Source: the human T2T-CHM13v2.0 reference genome, Homo sapiens
Assembly: GCF_009914755.1 (NCBI RefSeq)
Contig: NC_060927.1
Length of the DNA: 64,000 nt
Strand: one strand, 5' to 3'
Shown: piece by piece, positions 12,222-28,664 of the stretch
Numbering within the stretch: the first letter of the stretch is position 1
Layout of the letters: every line of letters starts with the position of its first letter
Notes under the pieces: model-generated
Database searches by the model: none
What the model saw: the letters and a program-made list of their open reading frames with translations, nothing else
What the model was told of the DNA's origin: nothing
Translations under genes and position numbers: made by a program

Positions 12222-15200
12222 TTACAGTGAGTTGAATAAATGGGAAGAAAAGCTTTTCTTCTAGAAGCTTCTTTTTTTTAATATGCAAGATATGTGAGCA
12301 CTTTTATAGACTGAAAGAGAGATTAAAGATAGGAGAGTGTAATTAGTGGTGTGAGAGCTTCAGACATCTAATGTTGCTGGGAAATTCTTAGCTAGCCTTT
12401 CATATTGGCAATTTACAAAGTGGTATACCTGAAGAGCAGGTGTTCTTAGAAAAAGTTTAACATTTAATCTTATCATGCAGAAATATCCTGAGGATTCTTC
12501 CAAGAGGGTGGCTGAAATGTTATACTATACTGTGAGGCTTACAGAGGGCAGGGAACAGGTGGAGTGAAGCAGAAGAGGTGGTAGAGTGAGTAAAAAGAAG
12601 CACTGAAGGACTTGCTAATAAGGCCAAAGAGGAGGGGAGGGAACACCTAGCTCAGCTCTGGAAATAAAGTAGATATTTAATAAATGCTGGTTAGGTAAAT
12701 GATTACTTAAGTCTGTGATAAAATTTAATAACCTGAGGAACAGATTGAGGAACCACCCCCCCCCCAAAAAAAAACCAAAACTTTTAGAGTATATTCTGTC
12801 CATTTGACTTGCTTATTATCAGCCTGTCTAGATCAGATGTGCAGTAATGTCCAAGCATCCAAGGATTTGTATAGGTCCATATGAATAGCCCACTTTCTCT
12901 TTTTCCACACAAAATTATGACCCAACTACTTCTTTTTGTTAAGTGGAAATGATAGAGTAGTTGTTTTCAAGGATTTGTACATCCTTGGAAAATTCCAGTA
13001 GATATGGGAGTGAAGGAAGTCAAAGGAATTAGTATTTTAAAATTAATTCATTTAATATCTCTCCTCCCATATTAATTTCTCTCCTCTGATTAACTTGCTA
13101 ATTTAATTTTAGTATATTTTATAGTCTTAGGAGAAAAAAAGGCTTAAAGCCCCCTGTATTATTTTTCAAATATTAATTATTCTTGGTCTTTGTTAAATCC
13201 TGTTTATTTTATGTCAGAAAAGAGGCTCTTCTAGCTTTGACTTGTATATCTTAAATGGTTAAATTACAGTTTTATTTGTGCTTTGTTTTTATAAAATTGA
13301 AAAATTTATATCACTAGCCTGCTGTGTAGTAGAACAAAAATTTGTACAATGTTTAAAACGAAAAATTAACCAATAATTACAAGCATTTCACTACATAGAT
13401 TTTTGTGTGGCTATTTCTGTAAAATATGTGTTGCCCAAATGCCGTAGTGGAAAATGTATTGTTTTTCTTAAGTTGGATATAATTTTTAAAAATAGAACTG
13501 ATAAAAATATATCTTCTAGTTGTTTCTGCTGAAAAGGCCCAGAAGAATTGGTATGTCATTAGCAATGAACACATCTTGAGACCCAGATATTTGTTTCTAA
13601 AAAGCATCTCCTGAAAAGACTCAGCGCTTAGAGAAATGACTGATTTAAGGGGTGGTACAGGGAGAGTACAAAATGGAACATCATATATCAGAAAGCCAAG
13701 GAAGTGCTCAGACAAATGGTGGGGATATGTCAGAAGGACATGTGAATCAGCTTGAAGGAGCTCCCACTTACTGTATCTGGTGCTATTGAATATCAAAATA
13801 AAATGGATTATAAACCTATTGAATTAAATAAGAATACATACTCAATAAATATGTAAATACATAGGGTGTAAAGAAAAGCTTCTGCATACCATAGAATGTC
13901 AGTTAATAAATTTGCGAGAATGAAAGAGTTATACAAATCATTTTGCACACATCACCATAATTGATTCAGGCAAGAGTCATCACTAGCTAAAACTAGTGAG
14001 TGAATGTTTTATGAGGAATAGGGTATTTACATAATCTAAAAGTATCTCCTCATACATTATTTATTAATCACAAAGTAAGAAATAACTTTACAGTGAAGAA
14101 ACATCCCATTACCCAAGTGATCAAGTTTAGTATTGCTAGTAATGGGACTTAGTGAAACGCTGTACTCCTGGTGTGATGCACTGAGCAGGATAAAATATCA
14201 GGCATACCCCAATTGAGAGACATTCTGTGAAACAGCTGACTTCTACTTTACAAAAGTGTTAGTGTCATAAAAGACAAAGGCTGAGAAACTATCTGTTCCA
14301 GATTAATAGATTAAAGAGTCATGCAAACAAAATGTGTAGTATGATCTTAGATTAGATCCTAGACCAGAAAAAAGTTGCTAAAAAGGATGTTATTGGGAGA
14401 ATTGGCAACATTCGAGGTCTGTTATCTAATATACAAATTAGATAATTGTGTATTTTCAGTATTAAATTTCCTGATTTTTAAAATTGTTCTGTGATATGTA
14501 AGTAAATATCTTTGCTCTTAGGAAGTCATATCCTGAAGTGTTTAGGAGTAAAATGGTGTGCCTGTGACTTTTAAAAAGTTTAGGGAAAAGAGAAGAGAGT
14601 GATAAAGCAAATAGAACAAAATGTTAACAATTGGTAAATCTGAGTGAAGGATATAAAGGAAGGAGTTCTTTGTGCTGTTCTTACAAATGCTAAGCTTTTA
14701 ATTAATTCAGAATTTTAAAATTATATATTAAATATTATATAGATATTTAAATAAAATATTAAAAGATATATTAAAATAGTTTATCAGTGAAATGATACTC
14801 AAACATGTTCAAGCTAGCCTTAAAGAGTTTCAAAAGAGACCTATCAGCTCTCCTCACCCTAGTTAGTGTCATAATGATCAGTCATGTGAGGTCAGTCAAG
14901 ATCAGCTTCCTGAAGAGTATACTTTGAGTAATAGTCTTGTTTCTTGTTTTTATTTTAAAGACTTGCTGGTCTTAGGTATTCTCTTTCAGATTCTGGGCTT
15001 CTAAGGTCATATCATTAGTTTTCCATGTCTCTTATTAATTTATAGGACCTATGCATGTTCACACTGGCAAATCTTTAATTCAGTAAGTCATCCGTTCAGC
15101 AAATTTTCAAGTACCTGTCATGTGGGAGGAAGGTATACAGAATTGTAAATGGCATGCTCCAAACTTATATTCTTGATTACTTTCTTCCTCTCCTGTATTT

Positions 15201-16842
15201 CACATCCTGGCAGTCATCTCTCACTCTTAATTACTTTGAACCAACAACTTTTATTAATTCTCTTTTTTTAAAATAACTTTTACTTAGACATACCGAAGCT
15301 CTGAACACCTGCAGTATTGCAGAGGCCTCTAATGGGTTTCTCTGCCTCCAATTGCGTTGGCTACCAGTCTATCTGGAGTACAGAAACCATGACAGAGAAA
15401 GTATACGTTGTTACTTTCCTAATCCTCGGAACCATAAAAAAAGGAATAACATTAAAAGAACAGAAAAGGAAACTTCATTTATACTGAAATTAGGGAATGT
15501 TCACAGTCCTGTATCAAGGAATTTTTCAAATAATATCTGCAAGATAAAGTGAAATTTGGACCAAATTATAAAGGATGTTAATTTGACATGTCTCCTCTTA
15601 TCAAAGCATGGGACAGGGTACTAGAATTAGTAAGGAAGTTCAGACCTACCGGTAGTAGACCACAGGAGAAATTTCTGGTGTTTAACTTGGAGCTTATCCC
15701 TTTATCTTGCAATAGTAGGAAAGGCAGGGTGGTTATAGTTGTTAAAAGCACATATTTCATGTCAGATCTGGCCTTGGATCTTTGCTTTGATACTTACTTG
15801 CATGTGGTCCTGGGAAAATGACCTAACTTCTTTAAAGTTCAGTTTTATCTGTGATATTTGGATAGTAGTAGTGTTTACCTCACCGAGTTGCTAGTATCAT
15901 CGTTAGCTTGGTAGTTAGCACATAGGAAATGTTCAGTAAATATTAGCTACTATTACTCCTTTGGAGGCTAACATAAGAATGAAGACCAGTGTTTTTTGTA
16001 TTCTTTGGTGCATGTACTCATAAACCTATGATTTCTAAGATTCTTTTTTACTTCTCCTTTCTTATCTACAGAAGCCCAAAAGTCAGGTGCCTCTTTATTA
16101 ATTTTAAAGCACAATTTTTGTAGTCTTCTAAGTCGATGCTTTTGAGTTCATGAGTTCATGTTATGTTAGGAGTTGTGAAATTAGATACTTACATTAAACA
16201 CGGTTTAGTCTTGATGCTTTTTTTTCGCTCATGGCATTAAAGTCATAACTGGCAAACTATCTTTCCTTGAAATTAAACTTGAAAAATTTTTAAATTATGC
16301 AATTATATGTGCATAATGATAAAAATGCTAAATCTTAAAACATGATTGTGGAAATATATGACATTGTAATGAAATTCAAACAGTACAAAGCAGCATGAAA
16401 AGGTAAAGTCTCACTTATACTCCTTATCCCACTGTCCAGTTTTTATTTGTTTTGGCACTTATTTCTATATCTCAGAATAATGAGCACTAAAATATATTTT
16501 TAACTTGTGACCTGTCGCTTATTAACAGTTACTTTATCTCTATAAAATTATGAAATTTATTGTTTATTTCTTGCACTGCACTATACTCTGCTAGTCATAT
16601 ATACTTAATTTTAGTTCTTCCGTTGGTAAACTTTGCATCATATACTTTACATAATATACTTGAACCTCTAATCTTGATCTACCATTTATACTTGTCAAGG
16701 TTTGTAGCATTTACATTTATGTTTGCTAACGATAATGTAGTCTGAGTTTTGCCTGTAGCAGAGTTTGTAAACTGAGGCCTCTTATGGCAAGTCCAGCCCA
16801 TAGAGGTATTTTATTTGGCTCACATGGTATATATATATATAT

Positions 16843-17145
16843 TTTTAAGTTTTTCATAGAGATAGGGTCTTGCTCTGTCTGCTAGGCTGGAGTGCAGTGA
16901 CAAGATCGTAGCTCACTGTAACCTTTATCTTCTGGGCTTTCGAGATCTTCCCACTTCAGCCTACCAAGTAGCTACGACTACAGGCATGCACCACCATGCC
17001 CAGCTAATTTTTAAGTTTCTTTTTTGTAGAGGTGGGGGTCTCACTATGTTGCCCCAGCTGGCCTTAAATTCCTGGCCTCAAGTAGTCCTCCCACCTCCAC
17101 CCCTCAAAGGGCTGGAATTAAAGGCGTGAGCCACCACACCTGACT
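16843..17145 (-). mobile_element. Alu (J-like), probably nested in a MER58-type element
   Basis: Dimeric Alu; MER58-like terminus near 16760. Confidence 0.85.
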
Positions 17146-17774
17146 GTATGTTATTTTTTAATTAGTTTATAATGTTTAATAATTGGGAGATTTCACATAA
17201 ATCCAGATTTTAGCTTCTCTTAAATCAGATGACTCCGTAACAATTGGCATATACTCCCATAGGCAGCCAGTTTACTAGACAAGAGTATCAACCTTCTCCT
17301 TAGATTGAACACACATCTTCAAATCACTGTAGTCTTTACCTGCCCCATTTTACTCACTTACATTTCCTGTCTAGCCCTTGTTGGTCTTTGAGTTTGTAAT
17401 CCAAGATCTATTAGAAAATATTTAACCAGCATTTATATTATTATAAGTGTGTATGTAGTATGTTTGGACCTATAAGGAAATAGATATAATTCTATATCAT
17501 TAAATCTGTGCCACTTGAGAGAGAAATATTACCACAAACAACGGAAAAACAGAAGTGGAAGGTAAGGGTGGCAGTGTATTATAATTGCTCTTTTTAAAAA
17601 TACTTTCTAATTCAGATAATTTAGGTCATTTAAGCATATTATCATATGATTTTTTAAAAAGGTAAATTAGTTTTTTCGTGAAAATATATTCTTGGAGCCC
17701 TCTGACTTTCTGTTTTAATTTGGATTACTTGTTTCCTCCCTCCTTCCCTTTCTCCTTCATTCCCTTTCTTCTTT

Positions 17775-18665
17775 CCTTCCTTTTATTCAACAGAGACTTA
17801 ACTAAGCTTTTACTAGGTACCTGGTGCTGTTCTGGGTGCTTCTGATACAGCATTAAACAAGGCAGAAAAGAGTACCCTCATGGAGCATGCATTATAGTGG
17901 AGGAGATACCTAGTAAGTAAAATGCCTCGTAGAAATATAAAGCACGGTAGAGGATTGTATTAGGGTGGGAAAGAAAGACAAGGGGAAGTGAGATAGGGCA
18001 GAAGCCTAAGTGAAGTGAGGGAGCAAGCCATATGAACAGTTTTTCGGCTAGAGCGAGTGCAAGACACGGGTGAAACTGAGGTTGGCACATTCAAGGAGCA
18101 GTGCTCTGCTCAGTGTGACTAGAGCAGCGTAAGCATGAGGAGGAGAAGAAGGTAAATTATAGAGGGAGGCAATGGCAGGAAATGTGGATTGTATTAAGTG
18201 AGATGGGACACTTAAACAGTGTTTTGATCAGGTTAGTAGCATAATCTGGTTTACATTTTTAAAGCACACACTGGCTTCTTGTGAAGAACAGAAGAAAGTG
18301 TGGAACCTGGAAGGCCAGTTAAGAGACTAATGGAATTGTCTACATGAGAAATAATAACTTGAATAGGATGGTGGTGGTAGAAATGGTGAGAAGTGGTATG
18401 ATTTAAGATGTGCTTGGAAGTGGTCAGCACACTGATGATGTTGAAAGCTATGATGAGATTATATAAGTGAATATAGACAGGAGAGAACAATCAATTGAAT
18501 TCTGAACCCTGGAGCACTTGGACATTAGCGGTCAGGAAGAAGAAGATCCAGCGAAAGAGTCAGAGGAGCAGCCTTTAAGGTAGGAGAAATCTAGGGGAGA
18601 GTGATGTTCCAGAAGCTAAGTGAAGAAATCATTTAAAGGAGGGAATGATGAGTTGAGAACTGACT
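17775..18665. mobile_element. L2 remnant
   Basis: ATTCAACA...GGTGCTGTTCTGGGTGCT...GATACAGCA end motif and a purine-rich L2 body. Confidence 0.6.
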
Positions 18666-18787
18666 GTTTGCAATCCCAGTAAGCTTTTTTAGTTTTAAGT
18701 CATCTATATATCTGTCCTTCTGTTTCTCCTTATTATACTCCTAGCTTGGGTCCTTAAATTCCTCTTTCCCCTTAAATATTATCTTAA

Positions 18788-19149
<362 letters not shown>

Positions 19150-19300
19150 TAGAGTATATCCTCAAATTTTTTCTGGAAGAGTCAATGGATGATAACCTTT
19201 CCGAGTCCTTGCATGTCTGAAAATGTCCTAAAACTCTGAAGATGCGCTCAGGAATCTTTATGTATGACAAGTTCTCTAGAGTAGTTTTATGTATACCACC

Positions 19301-19995
<695 letters not shown>

Positions 19996-20409
19996 TCACA
20001 CACTTTGATTTTGATACCCTTTATTTGCTAGAGTACTACTTAAGGGGTGGTAAAAATATTAATATCAGCTTTGGCTTTTTCCTGTATATTTTATCTTAAC
20101 AATGTCATCACATCCATCTTTCATCTTCCAGAAGTTCACGGTAGTTCTTAGTCCAGTAATGCAGTACTCTGTCATTTTTCAGCACTTTTATACCTTTTTA
20201 CTGCCATTCCATATATTTATGTGGAATATATATATGGATATCCATATATATATATATGTATTTTCCTTTTAATTTGCAGAGGAGAGGACCAAAAACCCGT
20301 GTTCAATTTGCCTTTTTTAACTGGAAACCCTACTTTAATCTATATTTATTAGTGTTTTGCAAAGCAGGTTAATTTGTTTTTGTCTTTGCTTTTAGCAGGT
20401 TAATATTTC

Positions 20410-21560
20410 TTAATGTTTTATTTGGAAATAATTTCAAATTTATAGAAAGGTTATAAGAACAATAAAAAGAACTTCCCTGTATCTTTCACCTAGATTTACT
20501 GGTTGTTAACATTTTGCCACATTTATGCTCCCCCATATAGATAGGCATACACCTGTTTTTGTTTTCTGAACCATTTGAGTTAGTTGCAGATATCTTGTTC
20601 CTTTCCTCCTAAGCATTCTGTCATGTAACCACAGAATAATTATCAAATTCGTGAAAAAACATATAGAAATACTACCTAATATTTAGTCCATATTGAAATT
20701 TTACAAATTACCCAATACTATCCTTTATACTGTTTTTTTTTTCTGATTCAGTATCCAACCAGGATTGAGCATTGCATTTAGTTGTCATGTCTCTGTAGTC
20801 TCCTTTAATCTGAACTAGCTTCTGACTCAGCCTTTTGTCTTGAATGACTTTGATATTTTTGAATAGTACGGGCCAGTTGTTTTACAGTATGTCCCTCCTT
20901 TGGGTTTGTCTGTTGTTTGCTCATGATTCATTATGTTTTTGGCAGAATGTAGGAGCAGTGATCTTGTGTCCTTCTCAGTGCATTGCATCAGGAGGTGCAT
21001 AATATCAGTTTGTCTGATTATTGATGATTTTAACTTTACTTGGTTAAGGTGGTGTCTACCAGGTTTTTTCACCATTTCCCCCTTTGGAATTTATAAGTAA
21101 TCTGTGGAAATACTTTGAGGCGATGTAAGCATCTTTTTCGTCTTCGAACTTTCACTCAATAGTTTTAGCATCCATTGATATTTCCTGCCTGAATTAGTTA
21201 TTACTATGTTAGTTGCTAAATGATGACTTTCTAATTCTTACTCCTTAATTTATTAGTTGACATTCCACTGTTAGAGCTTTTCCTTGTTATCAATGTAGAC
21301 TCACAGATTTATTTTTATTCAAAGAGTTTTAATGTTTACTGTGATTGTTCATTTTGATGCTCAAATTGCCCCAGATTTAGCCAGTGGGAGCTCCTTCCAG
21401 TGTCTCCTGTGTCCTTTTGATGCATCCTCATCATTTTTTAGCATTTCCTACTTTCTGGTATAAGGCTATGTTCCATGTTCATCTTGGCCATCGGCCATTT
21501 CTCCAAGGAGCACTGGATCCTTTTAGTGGGGATTGATGTTTAGAAACCAAGATCTGGACA
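20410..21560 (-). mobile_element. Old L1M (L1MC/MD-like) 3' fragment
   Basis: AATAATTTCAAATTTATAGAAAGGTT...CATTTCTCCAAGGAGCACTGG...TAGAAACCAAGATCTGG; homologous to 38770-40210. Confidence 0.7.
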
Positions 21561-24500
21561 GCAATTCAGATTGATTCTTGAGTGCTTGCTCTGCTGTTTG
21601 GTTTGTCAGGTGTGTTCACCACATTTATTTTTAGCCTTTTGTAGTGGATGGAGAGAGCCCCAAAGCTCGTAGTATATGGATTCCATTGCCTTTAGTGGCT
21701 CACTGTTGAGAAGGCCTTTCTCCTCTGCTTTCTGTGTTCTTGTATTTCAAAACAGGGATTGACAGACACTGGTCATTAGGAAAGCAGTTCACTGTGTTTG
21801 TACATTGTGTATGTATATGTAAAGTTGAATATTGACTTCACGAATCCATATTTCTGGAGGAGCATATGGTTTTTCAGTTTTCTCAGAAGCATATCAAACT
21901 GACATCTACTTTTATATATTTATGTTTTTCACTAACAAATATCTCCATAATAATACTGCTTTTATTAGTTTTGGCATTATATTTCAAGTCAAACTTTATT
22001 TCAGGTAGAATTTTAAACCTAAAAATCTTTGGTGTATCTGTTAGATGAAAGCAAAATATAGTTTGTTAGTAAAATAAATTTGAAAAATTATCTTGAAATT
22101 CTTGCCAAGAATTTAATTGGGCCCAAATTTTTATATATATGCACACACACATGTATCTATAAACTTGGGAGAATTTGGTTAAGAAATAGAGATGTGGGAG
22201 GTCTACCTAGGCAAGGTGAAGAGATGAGAAGCGATAGGATATATGCTGAGAAAACAGTTAAGTTAGAGCGTTCATGTAGGGAAGGAGACAAAAATAAAAG
22301 GAAAGTTTGGGGCCTGGTGGCAGAAACTTCAAATGACCAGCTAAAAAGTTTAGGCAAGAACTTCAAGATAATTTTCTAGCAAGCAGGGCCTTTGAAAAGT
22401 AGGCAATTAATTATAAAACAAATATAGATAAAATGATGTCCTTTAATTATTCTGGGAAAGGGGACACAGCATTGCCCAGTGCTGGAGACTGGTCTGTTTC
22501 TCTCAAGCAACGAATAATTTGAATCATGAATTCCCACTTTCAAGGCAATGTCTTGCAATTACGTACGGCAATTCAGAGTGCTTGGAAAGTGTTTTGTTTT
22601 CTCAGATCTAGCCATTTAATATTTACTGCTTGCTTACAACTATACTCTGAACCTTATTTTAGGAAGTTGTACCCAATAAAAGGGTTTATTTAGTTTTCTG
22701 TCCAGGCAATGAAGCATATATGTGTTTTTACTTTGGGGGAAGTAAAGCAAATGAACTGGCATTTCTTGAGGGCCAGGTATACCAGGCAGTATGTAAGTAG
22801 CTTTATATATGCATCTCATTCAATCTTCACTACACCCTTACAAAAAAAGTAGTGACCATTTTCTTTTATAGACAAGAAAATCAAGGCTTTAAGGATCAAG
22901 TCTCAGGCATATAGCTTATAATTGTCAAAGAGGGTATCCAAACATGGGTCTGTCTGACAATTGCCAGTCATTCACAGTGTTACTCTTTGAAGCGCTCAAG
23001 TTTATAGTAAATGAATTGCTGTGCTGTTCATATACAAAAGCTTAAGGTTAGCAGATAATAAAAGATGGTGTGGATGGAGAGAGGAGTTACAAGTGATACT
23101 TGCTAGCATGCAAAAATAACAGAAAATGGGCCAAGAGGAGGATTCCTTATAGCCAGGCAGAAATGTCTGTTAGAATATGTAGGAAAGGATCACATCATCA
23201 TAGAACTTGAGTGAATATGAGCCTAAGGGAAGATTCGTAGCAGTGATTTTATCAGAAGTGAGTCATCTGACAGTTCTAATCAGAATCACCCCCTTTATTA
23301 TATAGCTGAGGTCATCCCTGTGCTTTCTCTGATGTTCCTGTTTCAAGAAGAGGTTGATTCCAGACAAGTGAAACATACCTGAAGATTCTGGTTTGGACAT
23401 TATAAATGGTCTGACAAGAAAGTGAGCTTCAGATTTTAGAACTCAGTGATGGTGGTAATGTTAGAAATATTTAACAATCTGTGTTCTTTTATAACAGCAC
23501 TTTGCAAACTTCCATTATACTAACCCTAAAGGGGAGGAAATTGAAAATGCCCTCAGGAGTCTTGAGACATCATTTGAAGTGATATGGGAGTAATATTTTT
23601 TTTTAAGTCTCTTGCTTTATATTTAGGGAAAGCTTTTGTTCATTTCCATATCTATTTGTTTTAATGAAAGTTAAATTATTTTACTGGTTGTCTCCCTACC
23701 CTCACCCTAAATTTTCAAGTACCATTGACAGCCTAGAAAGAGGGTGCTTGTTTTACTGTGACTTAGTAGGCTGCTACCCTTTGGCCTGGAACAGGTACCC
23801 CAGTGTGAGAAGTACCGTCTTCCAGGGTTTGTGCTGCCACAAAAGCATCTGCTGAGGCTCTATAGATAACACAGGGGGCGACCACATTCTTGTTGACTTT
23901 ACCACACTTTGTGACTCCCTCACTTTTCATGTTCCTTCCCCCCCTCAGGTTCGGATTTCCTGTTTATCAAACTCCCATGGTTTCTTTCTTTCACTTGATC
24001 GGCATGACTTTTTAAGGGCGTGGTCTCTTGATCTGTCCCTCTAGTTTTATTTTTGGAGTTTCTTTTTTTGTCTTACCAGGGGAATGTAACCAAATATATC
24101 TATCTAATTCTAGCAGGTACATATTTTTTCCTCTTGATGCTGCTTAATATTTTATTGGAGGCACATTTACAGTATGTATGACCTTACAAATGGCAGGCTT
24201 AATATGGGTATTGTTTGTTTTGGGTCTCTTCTGGGTCTGGGTGGCACAGGTGGTGGTGGCAAATTGTCATTTCTGTCTCTTGGATGGAAGGAAACAAGCT
24301 CAGGCCAGTATATAAGAAAACTAGCTTCAGGTTGCGAATGAGTGCCAGCTTATGTATTGTATTTTCTAGTTAACTCCCAGTTGACTTCCAATTTTTGCTA
24401 CAGTCTTGAGTAGAGTTCAGTGCTTCTTGGGAATTTAATAGCAGCAAGGGTTTCCTTTGCAAAATATTTTTATACCTAAATCTTACATGAAAAGGGTTGT

Positions 24501-25620
24501 TTGCTGACTCACTGATTAACTAGACTTGGTTTATGTTAAGCCTTTGAGTCCTTTGTTACAGACATCATTTGTGCCCAAGTTGCTTTCTCCTCCTGAAACC
24601 CCATTGCTGACCTGTAACTAGTCTAATCTTGCTTGATTATACGTTTCCCCCGCCCCCATCCCTCTGTAAAACCATCTTTTGTACCAAATGCCGTTGTATC
24701 TTTTGAATGATGTCCACTACAAAATAGCTTTTTACATAGATCTTGTAGATTTTGAAAAATTTTTAACTAACATGTCATTGTATCTTCATAACAATTCTAT
24801 GAGAGAGGCATTTATAAAATACAAAATAGCAATCCACCCACGGGGATGGCTGTTACGTATTTTGTAAATGAAGAAACAAGAAATGGGTGGACGCGACTTG
24901 CAGCTTAGTGGCAAAGCCAGGTTTGACCAGGTCTCTGGGCTTCCAGTCCACCAAACCTCTAGTAGTGTTTAGAAACATTTCTGGAAGTCTCCCAATTTTT
25001 CCAAAAGTAGGAAAAATTTATTATGTAGATTGAGTTGTCTTTAAAGAGACAGCTCTAAAATATTTTACGATTGATGTTGTTTTAAAAAATTGTCTTAAAT
25101 TCAAGGAAGAAACGGTGTGTTTTTCTGAATACCCAACTAGGACCTGTCCCTATATTAGACAGATTAAAGATGTTTGCTTCCTAAGAACAAAGCAGACTGA
25201 ATCAGAAAAGAGATTAGTGAGTGGCTAAGTTTTTATTTTTCTCCTTAGTTCTAGGGATAGTATTTTACCCCCTTGAAATAGTGTGAGAAGGTCATGGGTA
25301 GAAGGATCACACCTGTGATTCCTAATAGGAATTTCTGTTTCCATGAGGTTTCTCAAAAGTAGAATCGAGGTCCTTTAGCAATTGTAAGAGTTTTTAAACA
25401 CCTATAGAAATGGTACATTTGCATAAAGTAAAGCTGTAGAACTGAAAATGTCCAACGTCTTTACTTTTGGCTGGAATTTTACGAGCCTGATTAGCTCTGC
25501 ATGGCAGCAATGGGCATGTTAATTATATTTGAAAATTGCCGTTTGTTTGTAGACAAGGAGTCCATGAGGAGAGAAAATCAAGTGAATGTTCTTGAACTGT
25601 ACTGCAGTGATGGGGAATGT

Positions 25621-25634
25621 CCACAAGGTGGCGC
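25621..25634 (+). promoter_or_regulatory. Candidate CTCF site
   Basis: CCACAAGGTGGCGC closely matches CCASYAGRKGGCRS, with TGCAG upstream. Confidence 0.65.
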
Positions 25635-26517
25635 AAAGACTTTGTTTAACTGCTGGATTCCTAGCTAGCACCTGGAATACTTGAAGCCCCTTTCACCTTC
25701 TCCCTCTTTGCAAACTATGGCTCAGCTGCATCTGTGCCCTCAGTTCTGGTCCCCAGCTTCCCCTGAATCCCCTTCGTGCTGTTATTTGGGCTTTGTATTG
25801 GTACCTAACCACATTCTACCTGTAGTGAAAGCTGAAGGTCTTGGTTCCCACTCTAGGTGGTAAGTTTCTTGAGTGGAGGCACCAGCTGCATATACTTTAA
25901 AGCATATTCTTTTCTGTATTTCCAGCAATGCCAGGCACAGGACCTCTGAGTTGCATTGTTGAATTAACATCTTTTGGTTATTTGTGAGTTAATTGTGGAC
26001 TTCCATAGGGTTCTCCCTCAGTATATTTTTGGCTTTGAAGAGTATGTTTATCTTCCCAGCTGCATAAATGAATTTTTGGGGTGAAATGGGGATTTTATGT
26101 TTGTAGTACATAGTTTCATAGACTTTACACCACACCCCGACCAACCACTTTCAGTAACTTCGAAGACAGTTGGTTATGGAAATCATTCCCGTGCACGGGT
26201 CTTCCCTGAAGCTCTGCAATTGGTCTTGGCAGTGGGACCTTCATGTGTGACAGACAGCAGATGGCCATGGAGTTCCCAGGCTGTGTGCCATGTAGGTAGG
26301 AGCTTGAAAAAAGCAGAAAAGAAACCTCCTTTGTAGCTGTCGTGTCTCTGTCTTATTTGGGCTCACAAGAAGGAATCTTGCTGCAGGCAGAGCTGTCTGA
26401 TCAGGAAAGAAAACTGACTCTTACCAGGGAAGGGCCCGGGAGGGGCAGTAATACCAATGAGCATGTTTTAGTTGGATTATGTCAGTTATTGGGGACCATT
26501 AAGTAAATAGATGTTGA

Positions 26518-26847
<330 letters not shown>

Positions 26848-27320
26848 CAGATGCCAATTGGAAGGAAATTTGAAAAGGTTTAGTAATAATGTTATTTCAT
26901 TAATTTCAGCCAAACCACACAACTAATTTATGTTTTCTAGGCCTGACCCTGGCTCTGGCTTCTTCATTGTGTGGATACCTTTCCAAAATGTTTGATATGA
27001 CAACATATTTAGAAGTTCTTTGATCACAAGCCCAAGGATGTGCAAAACTCAGAGCAAACAGCATTTACATTTATGTAATTTAATTTTAAAAATTAGCCCT
27101 AATTGAAGTGATCCTGGAGATGGTAATGTTGACTTGACACCTGGCTGCTTCTCTAAGGGCTATCTGTTTAGTTCCCTAGTGAATTTCATAAACTAAGGCC
27201 ATGTTTTTATTTCTAGAGCTGGGAGTACCCAAGCCTGCAGTTTTGACCTTTGAATGTTTGGAGCACCAGAAGTTCTGATTATGAGATGAAGAGAAAATGA
27301 CAGCTTTTCTTGTCTATTAA

Positions 27321-27727
<407 letters not shown>

Positions 27728-27944
27728 TAAAGAATGTGATCAGAATTGACCTGTTAAATACTCTTCTTGTATGTGAATCTCTGAGTCAGTTTATTATTTT
27801 TGGCAGTTGAATTTAAATTCATTAGAACAGAGTGGGATGGCTTATAAGTACATTTCAGCAATGCATTAAATAAGTATTTTTCAGAAAAAATTTGCGAACT
27901 GTTAGCACAAATTGGCATCACTAATATGGCTGCTTTGTTTTTAG

Positions 27945-28406
27945 GTGATTGGCGAGGACAACGTGGCAGTCCCCTCACACCTTTATAAGGTAATCCTGGC
28001 CCGCAGAAGCTCAGTATCTACCGAACCACTGGCGCTAGGGGCCTTTGTGGTACCCAATGAAGCCATCGGCTTCCAGCCCCAGTTAACTGAATTCCAAGTG
28101 AGCCTCCAGGACCTAGAGAAGTTGTCAGGACTGGTGTTTTTTCCTCATTTGGATAGAACTAGTGATATCCGGAATATCTGCTCTGTGGACACCTGTAAGC
28201 TCCTGGATTTCCAGGAGTTCACCTTGTACTTGAGTACAAGAAAGATTGAAGGAGCCCGATCAGTGCTCAGACTGGAAAAGATCATGGAAAACTTGAAGAA
28301 TGCAGAGATTGAACCAGATGATTACTTTATGAGTCGCTATGAGAAGAAGCTAGAAGAACTCAAAGCTAAGGAGCAGTCAGGAACCCAGATAAGAAAGCCA
28401 TCCTAG
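27945..28406 (+). CDS. EXOG: EXOG coding exon 6 (terminal; C-terminal domain)
   Basis: Acceptor TTTTAG|GTG. Encodes VIGEDNVAVPSHLYKVIL...QIRKPS*. Summed CDS is 1107 nt = 368 aa plus stop. Confidence 0.97.
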   Translation: MIGEDNVAVPSHLYKVILARRSSVSTEPLALGAFVVPNEAIGFQPQLTEFQVSLQDLEKLSGLVFFPHLDRTSDIRNICSVDTCKLLDFQEFTLYLSTRKIEGARSVLRLEKIMENLKNAEIEPDDYFMSRYEKKLEELKAKEQSGTQIRKPS

Positions 28407-28489
28407 TTTTTATCTCAAGATGTGTCATACCGTCTGTAATGAAGCAGGCATGCCCTCTTTAGGCTAACATATTTTAGTGGCTTTGCTTT

Positions 28490-28664
28490 TTGCTTTTTAA
28501 AAAGTTTTTCTCTTTAAGAGATGTGGTCTCGCCGTGTCATCCAGGCTGGAGTGCAGTGGTGGAATCATAGCTCACTATAGCCTCAAACTTCTGGGCTTAA
28601 GCAATCCTCCTGCCTCTGCCCCCTGAGCAGCTGGGACTACAGGCACACACCATCACCCTCAGCT
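28490..28664 (-). mobile_element. Alu right arm (J-like) in the EXOG 3' UTR
   Basis: Right monomer with TSD TAGTGGCTTTGCTTT. Confidence 0.88.

Noticed and set aside
20226-20253. 28-bp perfect palindrome centred on GGATATCC (and a hairpin at 10035-10058)
   Set aside because: Mostly self-complementary (AT)n low-complexity sequence; no sign of function.
23868-23882. CTCF-like AGGGGGCG
   Set aside because: The 5' half of the motif matches poorly; too weak to call.
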